From Eledone cirrhosa (lineage: Eukaryota), in assembly GCA_964016885.1 (NCBI GenBank), contig OZ024741.1:203918001-203982000 (forward strand): a stretch of 64,000 nt of DNA, in the 5' to 3' direction. The position numbers and the translations under genes were made by a program. Within the stretch, counting starts at the first letter, position 1. Each line of letters begins with the position of its first letter. Below, piece by piece: positions 14,911 to 31,405 of this stretch. A model generated the notes under the pieces. It searched no databases, was not told where the DNA came from, and was given only the letters and a program-made list of their open reading frames with translations.

Positions 14911-15909
14911 TCTATAAAAGGCAGATTGTTGTTGTGTGTGCGTTCCATGTTTATACATTTGCGCAATTTCAAACTGATTCGACGCAGTCTGTAAGAATGT
15001 TGTAAATGGTCTTAAGTCAACGACTATTTCATTCAAACTCACCCACAATTACGGAAATAATCGATAAAACTAAATACATGACGCTTTACCCCTCTAATAC
15101 AATCAGAATACCTCTCTCTACTCCCCTTAAAATTCGATAAAACTACATACATGCTGCAACTTTCTCTGATATACGATTAAACTTACAAACTTTAAGAGAG
15201 AGAGTGAGAGGGGGAGAGAGAGAGAGGGAAGTTTGTTTTTGGAACAGTCAAACATTTATTTACTTCAATGACAAAGAGAACTTATTACATTTCATATGAA
15301 ACAACAATTATTCAAAAGCAACAGATAAATTTATTCAACAACAAAAAAAAGTAGCGATAAATCTTTTTTAAAACATCTATCAACGAACGTGGAAGAAAGA
15401 AGTATCAGTTCATTTACTATACACAATAATATCCTCTATGAGGTCACTAAACCTACTAGAAACAGCAGCTAACTCTCCCCCATATCACACCACTCCCTAC
15501 TGTCTTAAATTTAGAAAACATATCCTCTATGAGGTCACTAAACCTGCTAGAAACAGCAGCTAACTCTCCCCCATATCAAACCCCTCCCTACTATCTTAAA
15601 TTTAGAAAACACACATTAGACAACCATGCAGAACAACTCCATCGCAGCTCTGTTGTTCGGCTGCCATCGTCTAGGCGCGTGTTGCGCAAGTACTGTGAAA
15701 CAATAAATTTCAACACTTCTTTGCACAGAGATAATATCCATAGGCTAAACTACAATTGTCACTGCTGGCGCAGCTCTTGCTTCGGCAGTCCAGGTCTGCA
15801 ATTCATTCACCCAGTGCCTAGCAGACAAAAAAGTGCTGCCATAAAATGGGTGGTGCAACCTAACTTTGGTAACTTACTGACCCCAAGCAACGCCGGGCTT
15901 TAATGTTAG
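14911..15909 (+). mobile_element. Non-autonomous Helitron, family A
   Basis: A^TC start (tctataaaaggcag), subterminal GC-rich hairpin (ccc..gcaacgccggg), end (C/T)TAG^T, no TSD; second copy at 20084-20950. Confidence 0.8.
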
Positions 15910-16072
15910 TATACTATAAATATTTAAATTAACCAACAAAATCATTTTCTAGTGAATGATAACAGGATGTCAAACCCTATTGTTCACTTTGATTCTTCAT
16001 TGGTCAGTAAAATATTTGACTTCTCATCTACAAATTCACCCTTCAATGAAGTTAAATGCTGAAGATTTATAC

Positions 16073-16122
<50 letters not shown>

Positions 16123-16386
16123 CCCCCCCCCCCCCGCCACACACACACACAGATATGTATCCCATTCAAGCATAGAAAATAGATGTAAAATATAGTGATA
16201 TATATATATATATATATAAGCAAAGGGATATTTAATTTGTTGGTAATTCAACAAATATATATATTTATAACAGATTCGAAGCACCCGACAAGTTTTCTGG
16301 AGTATAATATCAATGACTATCCAGGTGAAACTTGAACCATTAAGGTCTTATTCCTGGATATGTCAATATTTATAAAACAAACTTGG

Positions 16387-16447
16387 TATTTTATCTGATG
16401 AGTGCGTACCAAAGTTTTAGTACCCTTGAAATATATATAATAGAATA
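16387..16447 (+). ncRNA. Minimal type I hammerhead-like motif (degenerate stem II), probable PLE remnant
   Basis: tattttat-CTGATGA-gtgcgtac..gtaccctt-GAAA-tatata-TA-atagaata; 8-bp stem I; lies between (TA)n tracts. Confidence 0.6.
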
Positions 16448-16505
16448 AATATGCTTTTATAAATATAGTTTCCATTTATTAATATCATTGATATATATAT
16501 ATATA

Positions 16506-17275
16506 TCATCATCATTTTACGTCCTTTTCAGCACAGCATCTCTCCATTCATCATGGTCCTTCATCATCTCCTCTGTGGGCTTCAATGATCTGAGGTCAGT
16601 TATCACCACCTCCGCCCATGATTTTAATGGTCTTCCTCTACTGCGTCTTCCTTCCACTGGGATTTCTTGGCACTTCTTTACCCAGCAATCATCCTCCATG
16701 CGCATCACATGTCCATCCCAACAGTCTTCTCTCCCGCTCACTACAGCTTATCCCTCTTATACACAGTTTCACTCTCAACTCATCTATGCTTGGTTATTCA
16801 TGCACATTGCACATCCATCAGAGCATGCTTGCTTCATTTCTCTCCAGCCGTCGCATATCCTCTGCATTTGCTGTCTTACTACCATGCAGTATTGTGCATC
16901 TTACACAGGCATCATATAACCAACCTTTCGTTCGCAGCGACAAACCCTTCGTTGTCAACAGAGGAAACAGTCCCCTAAACTTCTTTCATCCTGTCCTTAT
17001 CCTAGATACTATGGCCTCGAAGCATCCTCCTCCCTTGCTAATTTGATCACCTAGATATCGGAAGCTATCAACCACCTCTATAGATCCTACCTGCCTTTGA
17101 AAAATGTGTCTATCACTGCCACTTCTACTATCAAATTTCCCTGAACTGCATATGTAGTTTTCCCTTCCTGTTAGTTTGCCTGCTATCTCACTACACCTCT
17201 TGTGTACCCAAGATCTGCATTGTGTACATTCTATAGAATTTATTCTAACTTCTTTTCTACATAAGGCCATTTCCT
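16506..17275 (-). mobile_element. RTE LINE 3' fragment
   Basis: CRSWVHKRC, FRYLGDQIS, GHVMRM, RSRGRP; (GAT)n tail at 16506. Confidence 0.85.
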
Positions 17276-17298
17276 TGATGGAATCACAGTTATATATA

Positions 17299-17861
17299 CT
17301 AGCAGCAAAACCACCCTTTCGGTGGTTTTCTGCTACCATGTGTAGTGTGCATATTGATATTATATGCAAGTATAGATGCATGTAGACATGATACATCAAA
17401 TGAAATCGTAATTGACAATATGCACAGAAATTGAACGAAGTCTGTGTTACACTCTCTTCTGTAATCTGTAAAGTAATCCATGATACATTAAAAAAAGACG
17501 ATATTATATGTAAACTGCATATATAATAAACTAAAATGTTATGAAAATGAAAAAGGAGAAAATTAGTGACGGAAATATAAATCTTATATAACGATACAAA
17601 TATATGAAGGTTTACATAAGCGATGTGATAAGTGTTATGATATAACGGAGGCTAACCGGAAGTATTGACATTTGAAAATGTTAAAGAAGTGAATCTTAAA
17701 ATAAGCAATACTTTATATATAAGAATATCTTAGGAAATTTAGTAGATAAATTACATATATTCATTCATTATTTATTCAAAGTAATCCAATTTATTTTACT
17801 AACAGGATAAGAAATATAAAACGGACGCTGCCCCGCACTCTTCCCTTTATTATATTATAGA
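17299..17861 (-). mobile_element. Non-autonomous Helitron, family B
   Basis: Minus strand A^TCTATAATATAATAAAG start; 3' hairpin aaaaccacc gaaag ggtggtttt then CTAG^T. Confidence 0.82.
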
Positions 17862-17970
17862 TTAATGTGGTAATGGTCTAGCTTCTAGCTCTGCAGTTCC
17901 AGCTTTTAATCTCTCCGCGCGCGTGTGTGTTTGTGATCTTATTTTTGTTCATGTAACTGTTCAAATAATA

Positions 17971-18029
17971 GCTGTCTGATGAGCTCATAACTGTTGCATA
18001 ACAGTTATCATTGAAATATGTATAACAGC
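17971..18029 (+). ncRNA. Minimal type I hammerhead-like motif
   Basis: gctgt-CTGATGA-gctc ataactgtt gcat aacagttat catt-GAAA-tatgta-TA-acagc; perfect stem I, 9-bp stem II with a mismatched base. Confidence 0.65.
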
Positions 18030-18364
18030 AATTGTGTAAAAATTAATGAAGCAAATTTGAACATGTTGACTTGGTGGCTTTGCAGTATTGGTAGAGCGTC
18101 AGACACCATGCTTTGCAGCACAGTTATGACCCTTTACTTTCTGAGTTCAAATCCTGCTGGGGTTAGCTTTGTCTTTCATCCTTACGGGGTCGATAAAATA
18201 AAGCACCAGTAATGCACGGGAGTAATTGCTGGCCTTCTGCCAAATGTGAAATATCATTATTATTATTATTACTATATGTATGTGTATATATGAATGTATA
18301 TATATATATATATGTATGTATATGTGTATATATGAATGTATATATATATATATATATATGTATG

Positions 18365-18436
<72 letters not shown>

Positions 18437-18639
18437 TATTGTATTCCACCTGGTTGTGGTGGGGCTGATAACGTTAGAACTCAATGTGTCCTTGGAAAGA
18501 TTGTTGCAGCAAGATCAGGCAGTGTGACCAGTAGTTTTTGTAGTAAGTGATTACCACTTAGGGTATCGTCGAAGAAGATCTGTCCAGGCTACAGTCATTT
18601 ACATATATGTTTTTATGCATAGAACAATGAAATGACATT

Positions 18640-19085
18640 GTACATCCAAAGGAGCATGCTTACTTCATTTCTCTCCAGCCGTCACATATCCTCTGCAGTT
18701 GCTGCCCATGTCTCACTACCATGCAGCATCGCGCACCTCACACAAGCATCATATAAACGGCCTTTCGTATGCAGGGAGAAACACTTCTTCGTCAGCAGAG
18801 GAAGCAGCTCCCTAACCTTCTTCCAACCCGTCCTTATTCTAGAAACTATAGGCTCGGAACAACCTTCCCCCTTCCATGCTAATCTGATCACCTAGGTACC
18901 AGAAGCTATCAACCACTTCTATAGAACCCACCTGCATTTGAAAAATGTGTCTATCAATGCGACTTCTACTGTCAAATTTCCCTGTACATCTACTGCATAC
19001 GTATTTTTCCCTTCCTGTTAGTTTGCCTGCTATCTCACTACATCTCTTGTGTACCCAAGATCTGTATTGCGTACATTTTATAGAA
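18640..19085 (-). mobile_element. RTE LINE internal fragment related to 16830-17235
   Basis: WVHKRCSEIAGKLTG, RIRTGW, LYDACVR.AMLHGSETW. Confidence 0.85.
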
Positions 19086-19326
19086 TGTATGTATGTATAT
19101 ATATATATATAAGTATGTATACGTACATACATATATGTATATAGACGTACAGTATGTATATACATACATACATGCACACATACAATAAATGTTCGGTAAA
19201 CCCATACGTACATATATATATGTATATACATACTGTACGTCTGTATACATATATGTATGTACACATACATACTTATATTTAAGTATCAGCCGTACTAAGG
19301 GTGAGAAATGAAATTTCATTTTTTCC

Positions 19327-19785
19327 ATATATATATATATATTTATATATATATGTGTATCTATCTATATATATATATGTGTATCTATCTATATATATAT
19401 ATGTGTATCTATCTATATATATATATGTGTATCTATCTATATATATATGTGTATCTATCTATATATATATATATGTGTATCTATCTATATATATATATAT
19501 GTGTATCTATCTATATATATATATATGTGTATCTATCTATATATATATGTGTATCTATCTATCTATATATATATGTGTATCTATCTATCTATATATATAT
19601 GTGTATCTATTTATCTATATATATATGTGTATCTATCTATCTATATATATATGTGTATCTATCTATCTATATATATATGTGTATCTATCTATCTATATAT
19701 ATATGTGTATCTATCTATATATATATATATGTGTGTATCTATCTATATATATATATGTGTGTATCTATCTATATATATGTGTATC

Positions 19786-19818
<33 letters not shown>

Positions 19819-19849
19819 ATTTATATATATATGTGTGTATCTATCTATC

Positions 19850-19884
<35 letters not shown>

Positions 19885-19915
19885 ATTTATATATATATGT
19901 GTGTATCTATCTATC

Positions 19916-19948
<33 letters not shown>

Positions 19949-19975
19949 ATTTATATATATATGTGTGTATCTATC

Positions 19976-20006
<31 letters not shown>

Positions 20007-20083
20007 ATTTATATATATATGTGTGTATCTATCTATCTATCTCTCTCTATATATATATATGTATCTATCTATATATATATATA
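19327..20083. repeat. Compound (TA)n/(TATC)n/(TG)n microsatellite
   Basis: Direct reading. Confidence 0.97.
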
Positions 20084-20950
20084 CTAGCATTAAAGCCTGG
20101 CGTTGCTCGGGGGTCATTAAGTTACCAAAGTTAGGTTGCACCATGCACCACCCATTTTATGGCAGCACTTTTTTGTCTGCCAGGCACTGGGTGAATGAAT
20201 TGCAGACCTGGACTGCCGCAGCAAGAGCTGCTCCAGCAGTGACAATTGTAGTTTCGCCTTAGGATATTATCTCTGGGCAAAGAAGTGTTGAAATTTGTTT
20301 CACAGTACTTGCGCAACACACGCTTAGACGATGCCAGCCGAACAACAGAGCTGCGATGGAGTTGTTCTGCATGGTTGTCTAATGTGTGTTTTCTAAATTT
20401 AAGACAGTTGGGAGGGGTGTGATATGGGGGAGAGTTAGCTGCTGTTTCTAGCAGGTTTAGTGACCTCATAGAGGATATTATTGTGTATAGTAAATGAACT
20501 GATACTTCTTTCTTCCACGTTCGTTGATAGATGTTTTAAAAAAGATTTATCGCTATTTTTTTTTTTGTTGTTGAATAAATTTATTTGTTGCTTTTGAATA
20601 ATTGTTGTTTCGTATGAAATGTAATAAGTTCTCTTTGTCATTGAAGTAAATAAATGTTTGACTGTTCCACACTCAGAAACAAACGTCCCCCCCTCTCTAT
20701 CTCTCTCAAAGTTTAAGGGAGTAGAGAGAGGTATTCTGATTGTATTAGAGGGGTAAAGCGTCATGTATTTAGTTTTATTGATTATTTCCGTAATTGTGGG
20801 TGAGTGTGAATGAAATACATAGTCGTTGACCTAAGTTAGACCATTTACAACATTCTTACAGACTTTGAGTCGAATAGGTTTGAAATTGTGCAAATGTATA
20901 AACATGGAACATGCACACACACACAACAACAACAGTCTGCCTTTTGTAGG
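20084..20950 (-). mobile_element. Non-autonomous Helitron, family A (inverted relative to 14911-15909)
   Basis: Reverse complement of the first copy; ends cccgagcaacgccaggc tttaatg CTAG^T. Confidence 0.82.
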
Positions 20951-21229
20951 TAATTATTTCTACTTTTGGCACAAGACCAGCAATTAACCAGTGTATTACT
21001 GATACTTTATTTTATCGACCCTGTAAGGATGAAAGGTAAAGTTGACCTCGGCGGGATTTGAACTCAGATCGTAAAGGGACGTAACTACACTGGAAAGCAT
21101 GTCTGACCCTCTACCAATACTGCCAATTCACTGCCTTTTATAGGTAATTGTTTCTACTTTAGGCACAAGGCCAGCAAATTACCCAGTGCATTACTGGTAC
21201 TTTATTTTATCGACCCCGTAAGGATGAAA

Positions 21230-24998
<3,769 letters not shown>

Positions 24999-26426
24999 TA
25001 CCTGAAAATCCAGAATCACAATGAACAAATTGTTCACAGTTGAAAAAAGAGTAATTAGGAATAAAGAGTATTAGTGATTAGGGTTAGTATTCAGTTGTGT
25101 TTTAAGTTTTAAGTTTTTACCGGTTGCGCATTCTAAATGCTTTTCAAAATAATTTTGAGATCGAGTGTCCGTGCTGTTTGCTCTGAAAATAAATGTGCAT
25201 TATGCAAATTTTCAGTAACCAAGGTGCAAAACTGTGGCCTAAAACTTAGAGCATACATACGTTAATTTTTATATATCAAGATTAACCTACTTGATACCAA
25301 AGGTGCTTGTAACTGCTCCTGGTTCTACGATACAAAAACTGTTTATTCTAAAGTGTTTATATTTTTTAAAAACTTCCATCATAATTTTATGTAAAACCTT
25401 TGTTTCAAATACCTGCTTAATAATGAGCAAGCTATTATACTAAATCCCTTCAATGAATATTTTCAAAATTATTTGAAAATACATGGCAACAAAAGGGTTA
25501 GAGTATATATTTATTTGAAAACCTTCCATCTTAGTTTTATATAAGAACCTTTAAAATATGTTTCAAACCATGTTTTAATAACAGGAAAGTTAGTTATTAC
25601 TAAATTCCTCTAAATTCTTGAATACTTTCAAAATTATTTGAGATTATAAGCAGTCTTTCATTAAAAATATATTTCTAGATGGTAAGGTGTTGAGCTTATG
25701 ATCACAATGTCATGGGTTCGATTCCAAGACCATATTGTGTGTTGCTGAGTAAAACTCTTCATTTCACATTGCTCCAGTATACTTAACTGAAAATTAGTAC
25801 CAGTAGTAGCCAGAAGTTTAACTCTTTGATGAACTGGCATCCTTTCCAAGAGAGAGTCTTATACTCTTAGTTGCTCAACACCAAGGAAACCAGGATAAGC
25901 ATTGGCCTAATGAACCTCTGGGCTTCAGACAGACTTTAGACTTTTTAGAACATATCCATTTTTAAAGCAAAATGCATTTTTGGTAAATGGAAACCAAAAT
26001 ATTTCCACTGTAAATATATTTGTCATGACATGACATGAGGAGCCCTTGGTCATGACTGACAATGATTTTTGCATTTGGGACATTCATTTCCAAGACATGA
26101 GCCTGGGCAAATTATTTTGTGGAAGACCAGCTTGTTAGCCAAGTATGCAAGTTTCCTTTTGTCCATGACACCAGTGTTGTCCAATGGAAAGATAAAAGCT
26201 AATAGAGCTTCATATCAGTGTTGTTGCAACTCATTTTTGACTGCTGAGTAGGCTGCAGCAACATGAAATGGAGTGTCTAGCTCAAGGAAACAATGTAAAC
26301 ATGAACCTAATAACATTTTTTGTAATTGTTCTGTTTGTTTTCACTGCTTTTTCATTGTTAACCTTGCGCAATTTGTGTGTGTGGCTGCATGTGTGTCTAT
26401 GTGAGTGTGTGTATGTCTATATATAC

Positions 26427-26488
<62 letters not shown>

Positions 26489-26550
26489 TTGTCATATATA
26501 TAACCATACTATAACAGAATATATTCCATTGCAGTATGGTTTGGGATGAA

Positions 26551-26634
26551 ATGTTTTGGTTGAGGTATATATATCTGAAGAATCTATTATTGAGTACCCA
26601 ATATTAAGGATGAAACATATGTAAATCAAAATAT
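26551..26634 (+). ncRNA. Degenerate minimal hammerhead-like motif
   Basis: CTGAAGA(26575)-atc..tattg agtacc caata..gat-GAAA-catatg(palindrome)-TA-aatcaaaatat; the stem I partner atgttttggtt is displaced by about 13 nt. Confidence 0.45.
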
Positions 26635-26706
26635 GATATAGTTAGCAGTGTTTTGTTTTATTTTTCAAAGTATATAAATATATGATATTTTACATATATT
26701 CTTTAG

Positions 26707-26826
26707 GTGAATTCAATAAATGACCGTAAAGATTACCGCACCGTTATGGAAGCTATGAAAGCATTGTCCTTCAATTTTAAACATGTGGAAACCATCTGGA
26801 AGATTGTTACTGCCATTCTTCTTCTG
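26707..26826 (+). CDS. myo1d: Class I myosin (Myo1D/G-like) internal exon: VNSINDRKDYRTVMEAMKALSFNFKHVETIWKIVTAILLL
   Basis: tttag acceptor, gtaagt donor, 120 nt phase 0/0; matches the myosin motor 'IND..F..V..AM..IGF...AILHL' segment and joins the next exon GNIEF in frame. Confidence 0.9.
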
Positions 26827-27379
26827 GTAAGTGGCATTGAATATACGTTTATTTGGAAAATCTAATATATTCTTTCTTCTCAGTATATACACATACATGC
26901 ATACACATAACATATATTCCTCATGCAAGGATGATAGCCATGGCCTAAAATCCATATTAACATCATAGACCTTCACAATATCACTGAAGCCACATATTTA
27001 ACAGAAGAAAAAGGTGAATAATCAACTTGCCCAGATTTATGAGCATAAAAGTAATAATTGTTTTTACTTTTGGCACAAGGCCAGCAATTATCCCAGTGCA
27101 TTACTGGTACTTGATTTTATCGACCCCGTAAGGATGAAAGGCAAAGTTAACCTCGGCAGGATTTGAACTCAGACCATAAAGGGGTGTAACTCTATGCTGC
27201 AAAGCATGGTGTCCAACCATAATAGTCCAAACCTATTAGTCCAAAACTAATAATATTGTTAGTATTCCAATTGAAATAGAGGAAAGACCTGAAATATAAG
27301 CTGACAAATCTCCCTCCCAAGGAATATTGGAAAACTTTACTCAATACTTGAGCAAAATAAAAAATTAACCAGTTCACTG

Positions 27380-27960
27380 AGAAGGTTGTGCATGGGTATT
27401 TGAGACAAAAAACACAGACCATAGAAGGGATAAACCAGACTAAAAGCCTGACGTAGAATTCCTACAAGTTCATAACACTCCACCTTAAGTGATACCTCCA
27501 TGCAATCTATTAAGAAATCCCCACCATGTACCTACTGCACAAAAGTGGAGAGTCATCAACTGACAATAAATGTAGGCTGTACAAAACAAAGACTGAAGAT
27601 GTTAGCCACATCATTGCAAACTGTGAAAGAATGTTTTCTCATTCTTACCTTTCCATGAAACATGATGTGGTCACCAAAACAATCTGAAATGTACTATGGA
27701 AGACGAAAATAATAAATAGAGGTGAATGATGGCACAAAGGAATATTAGTGGATCCTAAAAATATAAACTGCCACCAAATTCAAACACAACCAGCCTGATA
27801 TTGGTGTTTGGGACCACAGATTAAAAATATGGTCTGTTTTAGAAATCATCTGCCCACTTTGTCAATGTAGTGAGAAAGATGCTAGAGGATATGTATGAGT
27901 CATTGATGGAGAGTTTGCAGATCCAGTACCTGAACTACACATTCAGTTTCATACCCATTA
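27380..27960 (+). mobile_element. Degraded C-terminal fragment of an RLE-type (R4/Dong-like) non-LTR element
   Basis: Manual translation: DNKCRL...EDVSHIIANC, KHDVV.K.I, KHNQPDI.VWD: CCHC knuckle and PD endonuclease remnants. Confidence 0.6.
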
Positions 27961-28160
27961 TTGGACACTGAGAGAGATATTCTTGGAGCAGGGCTCTGTG
28001 GATGAACTGCTGATGGACAACAGCACAGCGTTTCGTTCAGAGGCACTGAGGGAAATGCTTGACAAGTGGAAGGTGAACCGCTTCTTCAGAGCAGCATACA
28101 AGCTGAGCGGAAATGGGATCGTGGAGAGACACCATTGCACGATCAAGGCCATAGCGGAAA
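27960..28160 (+). mobile_element. Gypsy-type integrase core fragment
   Basis: ELLMDNSTAFRS...W.V...RAAYK.SGNGIVERHH.TIK: second D and E of the DDE triad; abuts a truncated SINE. Confidence 0.8.
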
Positions 28161-29502
28161 GCTCAAATCCCGCCGAGGTTAACTTTGCCTTTCATACCTA
28201 TGAGGTCGATAAAATAAAGTACCAGTAATGCACTGGGATAATTGCTGGCCTTGTGCCAAAAGTAGAAAAAATTATTATTATTAGAGCTATAGTTTTTACA
28301 TTAATATTACTAGTGAGGGGGGATTTGTTGGCTTTTCTTAGTGCTGCTGCTATTGATGATGATGATGATGCTTTTGTTGCTGCTGCTGCTGCTTTTGCTG
28401 CTGCTGCTAGTTCAAAATATTAGTTTAAAGAAGTTTAGAAGGATTGGTTCAGTTAAATTATATCAATATAAAACCTAATCACCTCACACTGCTGCCGTAG
28501 CTACTACAAAGTATTAGTTTGGGAGATAACAAAGAAGTTTACAAGGATTGGTTCAGTTTGTCTCAATATAAAATAGAACCACTTCACTTTCTTGGTTGTT
28601 TCCTCTCCATCAAGATATGCCCTATTTAGGATAAATATATTTCTCTCCTCTATATTTTTACCATAGTAATTTGTTAATAAGGCCACTGCTTATATATAAG
28701 CTTGCACTAAATGTCTCTCAGCAACAGAGATAAACAAGGAGTGCCAAACTTGAGTCAGAAAGAATATTTTATTGGTAGAGCACCAGAGTTTTAGTTTTCT
28801 TAATGATGTTTGTATACAAGGGTTGACTGAAAGGTTTATAGGCTGACCATGGAATGTCCAAATGAGGTTTATTTTTCAACATAGTCCCTGGAAAGAAATA
28901 ATGCAGTTATTAATAAGAAAAACTGAATTAATGCATTTAAGATTTCACAGCTCTAGCATCACTCCTTCATAGTCAGCCTATGAACTTTTCAGCCCATTCT
29001 CGTAATTTAGCAATATTTGATAGCAAAATACATGCATGCCTCATATATACAGTCCCTTCCCCATACACACAAACACATCTACAGACCATATGCATGCTAT
29101 ACACACACACACACACACACACGTGTTGTTGGACCTCTGTCTGTTCTGATGACGAATGTTCCATTTTATTAAACAATGAAACAGTCTACCCATGAAATTA
29201 ACGTTTAAGAGGCTGAGCATTCCACAGACACATATACCCTTAACATAGCAGGAAAATTCAGCATAACAGAGTGTATAACACCTCATTTGGACTAGCTCAG
29301 CTAGTTAGGGAGCCGGCTCCCTAACTAGGGCGAAACAGATTAAATCTTTAATCTGTCCGAGAGATGAAATAGTTATTCATACGGTCTGTATATAAAAATT
29401 ATATATCTTACATATGATTCAGATTAAATATATAAAATAAATGTGGTATTCTCTACCCTTGTAATTTTAGATACAGAATTCACTGTGTTTATTTCTACAT
29501 AT

Positions 29503-29631
<129 letters not shown>

Positions 29632-29943
29632 CCCCACTCATAGATGGATAGTTGTTGATTTAAGTCTCCCTTACTAAGTTTTATAGATATGAAAGCAAGT
29701 GTCTAACTATTCATATATGTCCACCATGAGTCAAACTTTAGCTGCATTCAATTTGAAAGGCTGATCATTATTGGCTGTTTTTAATCTTGGTTCCCATTGA
29801 TTGAAACAGATCACATTGTAGAAAGTGTAGCAGGCTGTGACACTTTCTCCAGCAGCATCCTGGAGAATTCAATGACAAAACCCAGTTGTGTTGCCTGACA
29901 AGCTGAACATCACAAATTGTTGAAGTCCAGTTGTTTTCTGATA

Positions 29944-30050
29944 GGTTTTGGGGGATCCAGGACACAAGTTTCCACTTTTATAGGTTCAATGATAGATTTA
30001 TCATTGAACCTATAAAAGTGGAAACTTATTGTGTCCTGGATCCCCAAACC
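29944..30050. repeat. Near-perfect hairpin with about 50-bp arms
   Basis: ggggatccaggacaca agtttccacttttataggttcaatgata / tatcattgaacctataaaagtggaaact tat tgtgtcctggatcccc. Confidence 0.9.
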
Positions 30051-31405
30051 ACCTCCCTACTCACAGCTATCAGGGCAGAGTTGGCCACCAACAGAAATTA
30101 ACCACATGAGTTGGAATGGCACTTTTTGCATATATCCCTTGCAATTGTCTGATGGAACCACAAGGTGGTATATGTCAGTGGTTCCATGCATCGGAAAGGC
30201 AGAGCAGGTAAATGGGGCTGATAATAACTTTTCATTGATTGGACAGATTGTCAAATACTGTAATTAGACAGGTCAGATGACCACATCTTCCTCCTACATT
30301 CTATTTTGGCATGGTTTCCACAGCAGCATGCCCTTCCTAATGCCAAGAATTTTACAAAGTGGACTAGATGTAACACTCCACTTTATATAATGGACTACAT
30401 GCTTTTTATCATGGGACCAGCACTACTACTTTATTGAAACACCAGTATCTCACAAGGTGTACTGGGTGTATTTTATCATGACACCAGCACTACCATTTTA
30501 CAGTGTGCACTAGGCGATGTTCATCATGATTGCAGCACTACTACCACATTGCAAAGTAAACTAGGTGCATTCAATTATGGCACCAGTACTATTTTATTTA
30601 TAATGAAATGTCTAAATTACTAAGAGAATTTTCTGTGGGAATTTTCCAACCTTTAAATCTCACCTTCTGTATTCATTTGATTTACAATGCATTACAATAA
30701 CTATCAAGTGCTACCTCCCATCATTTCTGTGGTAGACTTTCCAAACTAACTTGAAAGTGATATGCAATAAAATAGAGTGAATGATTATCATTGTAAATAC
30801 CTTCTGAGAGAATATTAATATGATGATCTATAAGATAAAATCCAGCATAATATTGCATCCATTTCTGTATACAAAGTTAGACATTTTTTTATTGAAAGCT
30901 ATAGATCTCTTCAACTAAAGCTATAAGTCTCTGTATTCAAAGCTAACCATCCCTTCAGTCAAAGCTAACCATCCCTTTGATCAAAGCTAACCATCCTTTT
31001 GATCAAAGCTAACCATCACTGCAATCAAAGCTAACCATCTCTGTTAACAAAGCTAACCATCTCTGTTATCAAAGCTAACCATTTCTGTTATCAAAGCTAA
31101 CTATCTATGTTATCAAAGCTAACCATCACTGCAATTGAAGATAACCATCACTGCAATCAAAGATAACCATCACTGCAATCAAAGATAACCATCACTGCAA
31201 TCAAAGATAACCATCACTGCAATCAAAGATAACCATCACTGCAATCAAAGATAACCATCACTGCAATCAAAGATAACCATCACTGCAATCAAAGATAACC
31301 ATCACTGCAATCAAAGATAACCATCACTGCAATCAAAGATAACCATCACTGCAATCAAAGATAACTATCTTAGTTATCAAAGCTATCCATCTCTGCAATC
31401 AAAGC

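Noticed and set aside
15529-15903. 124-aa ORF with a homologue at 20131-20469
   Set aside because: Lies within the non-autonomous Helitron copies; no recognisable domain
14911-20950. Single large TIR transposon with about 900-bp TIRs
   Set aside because: Each arm has its own Helitron TC/hairpin/CTAG termini; no TSD or transposase
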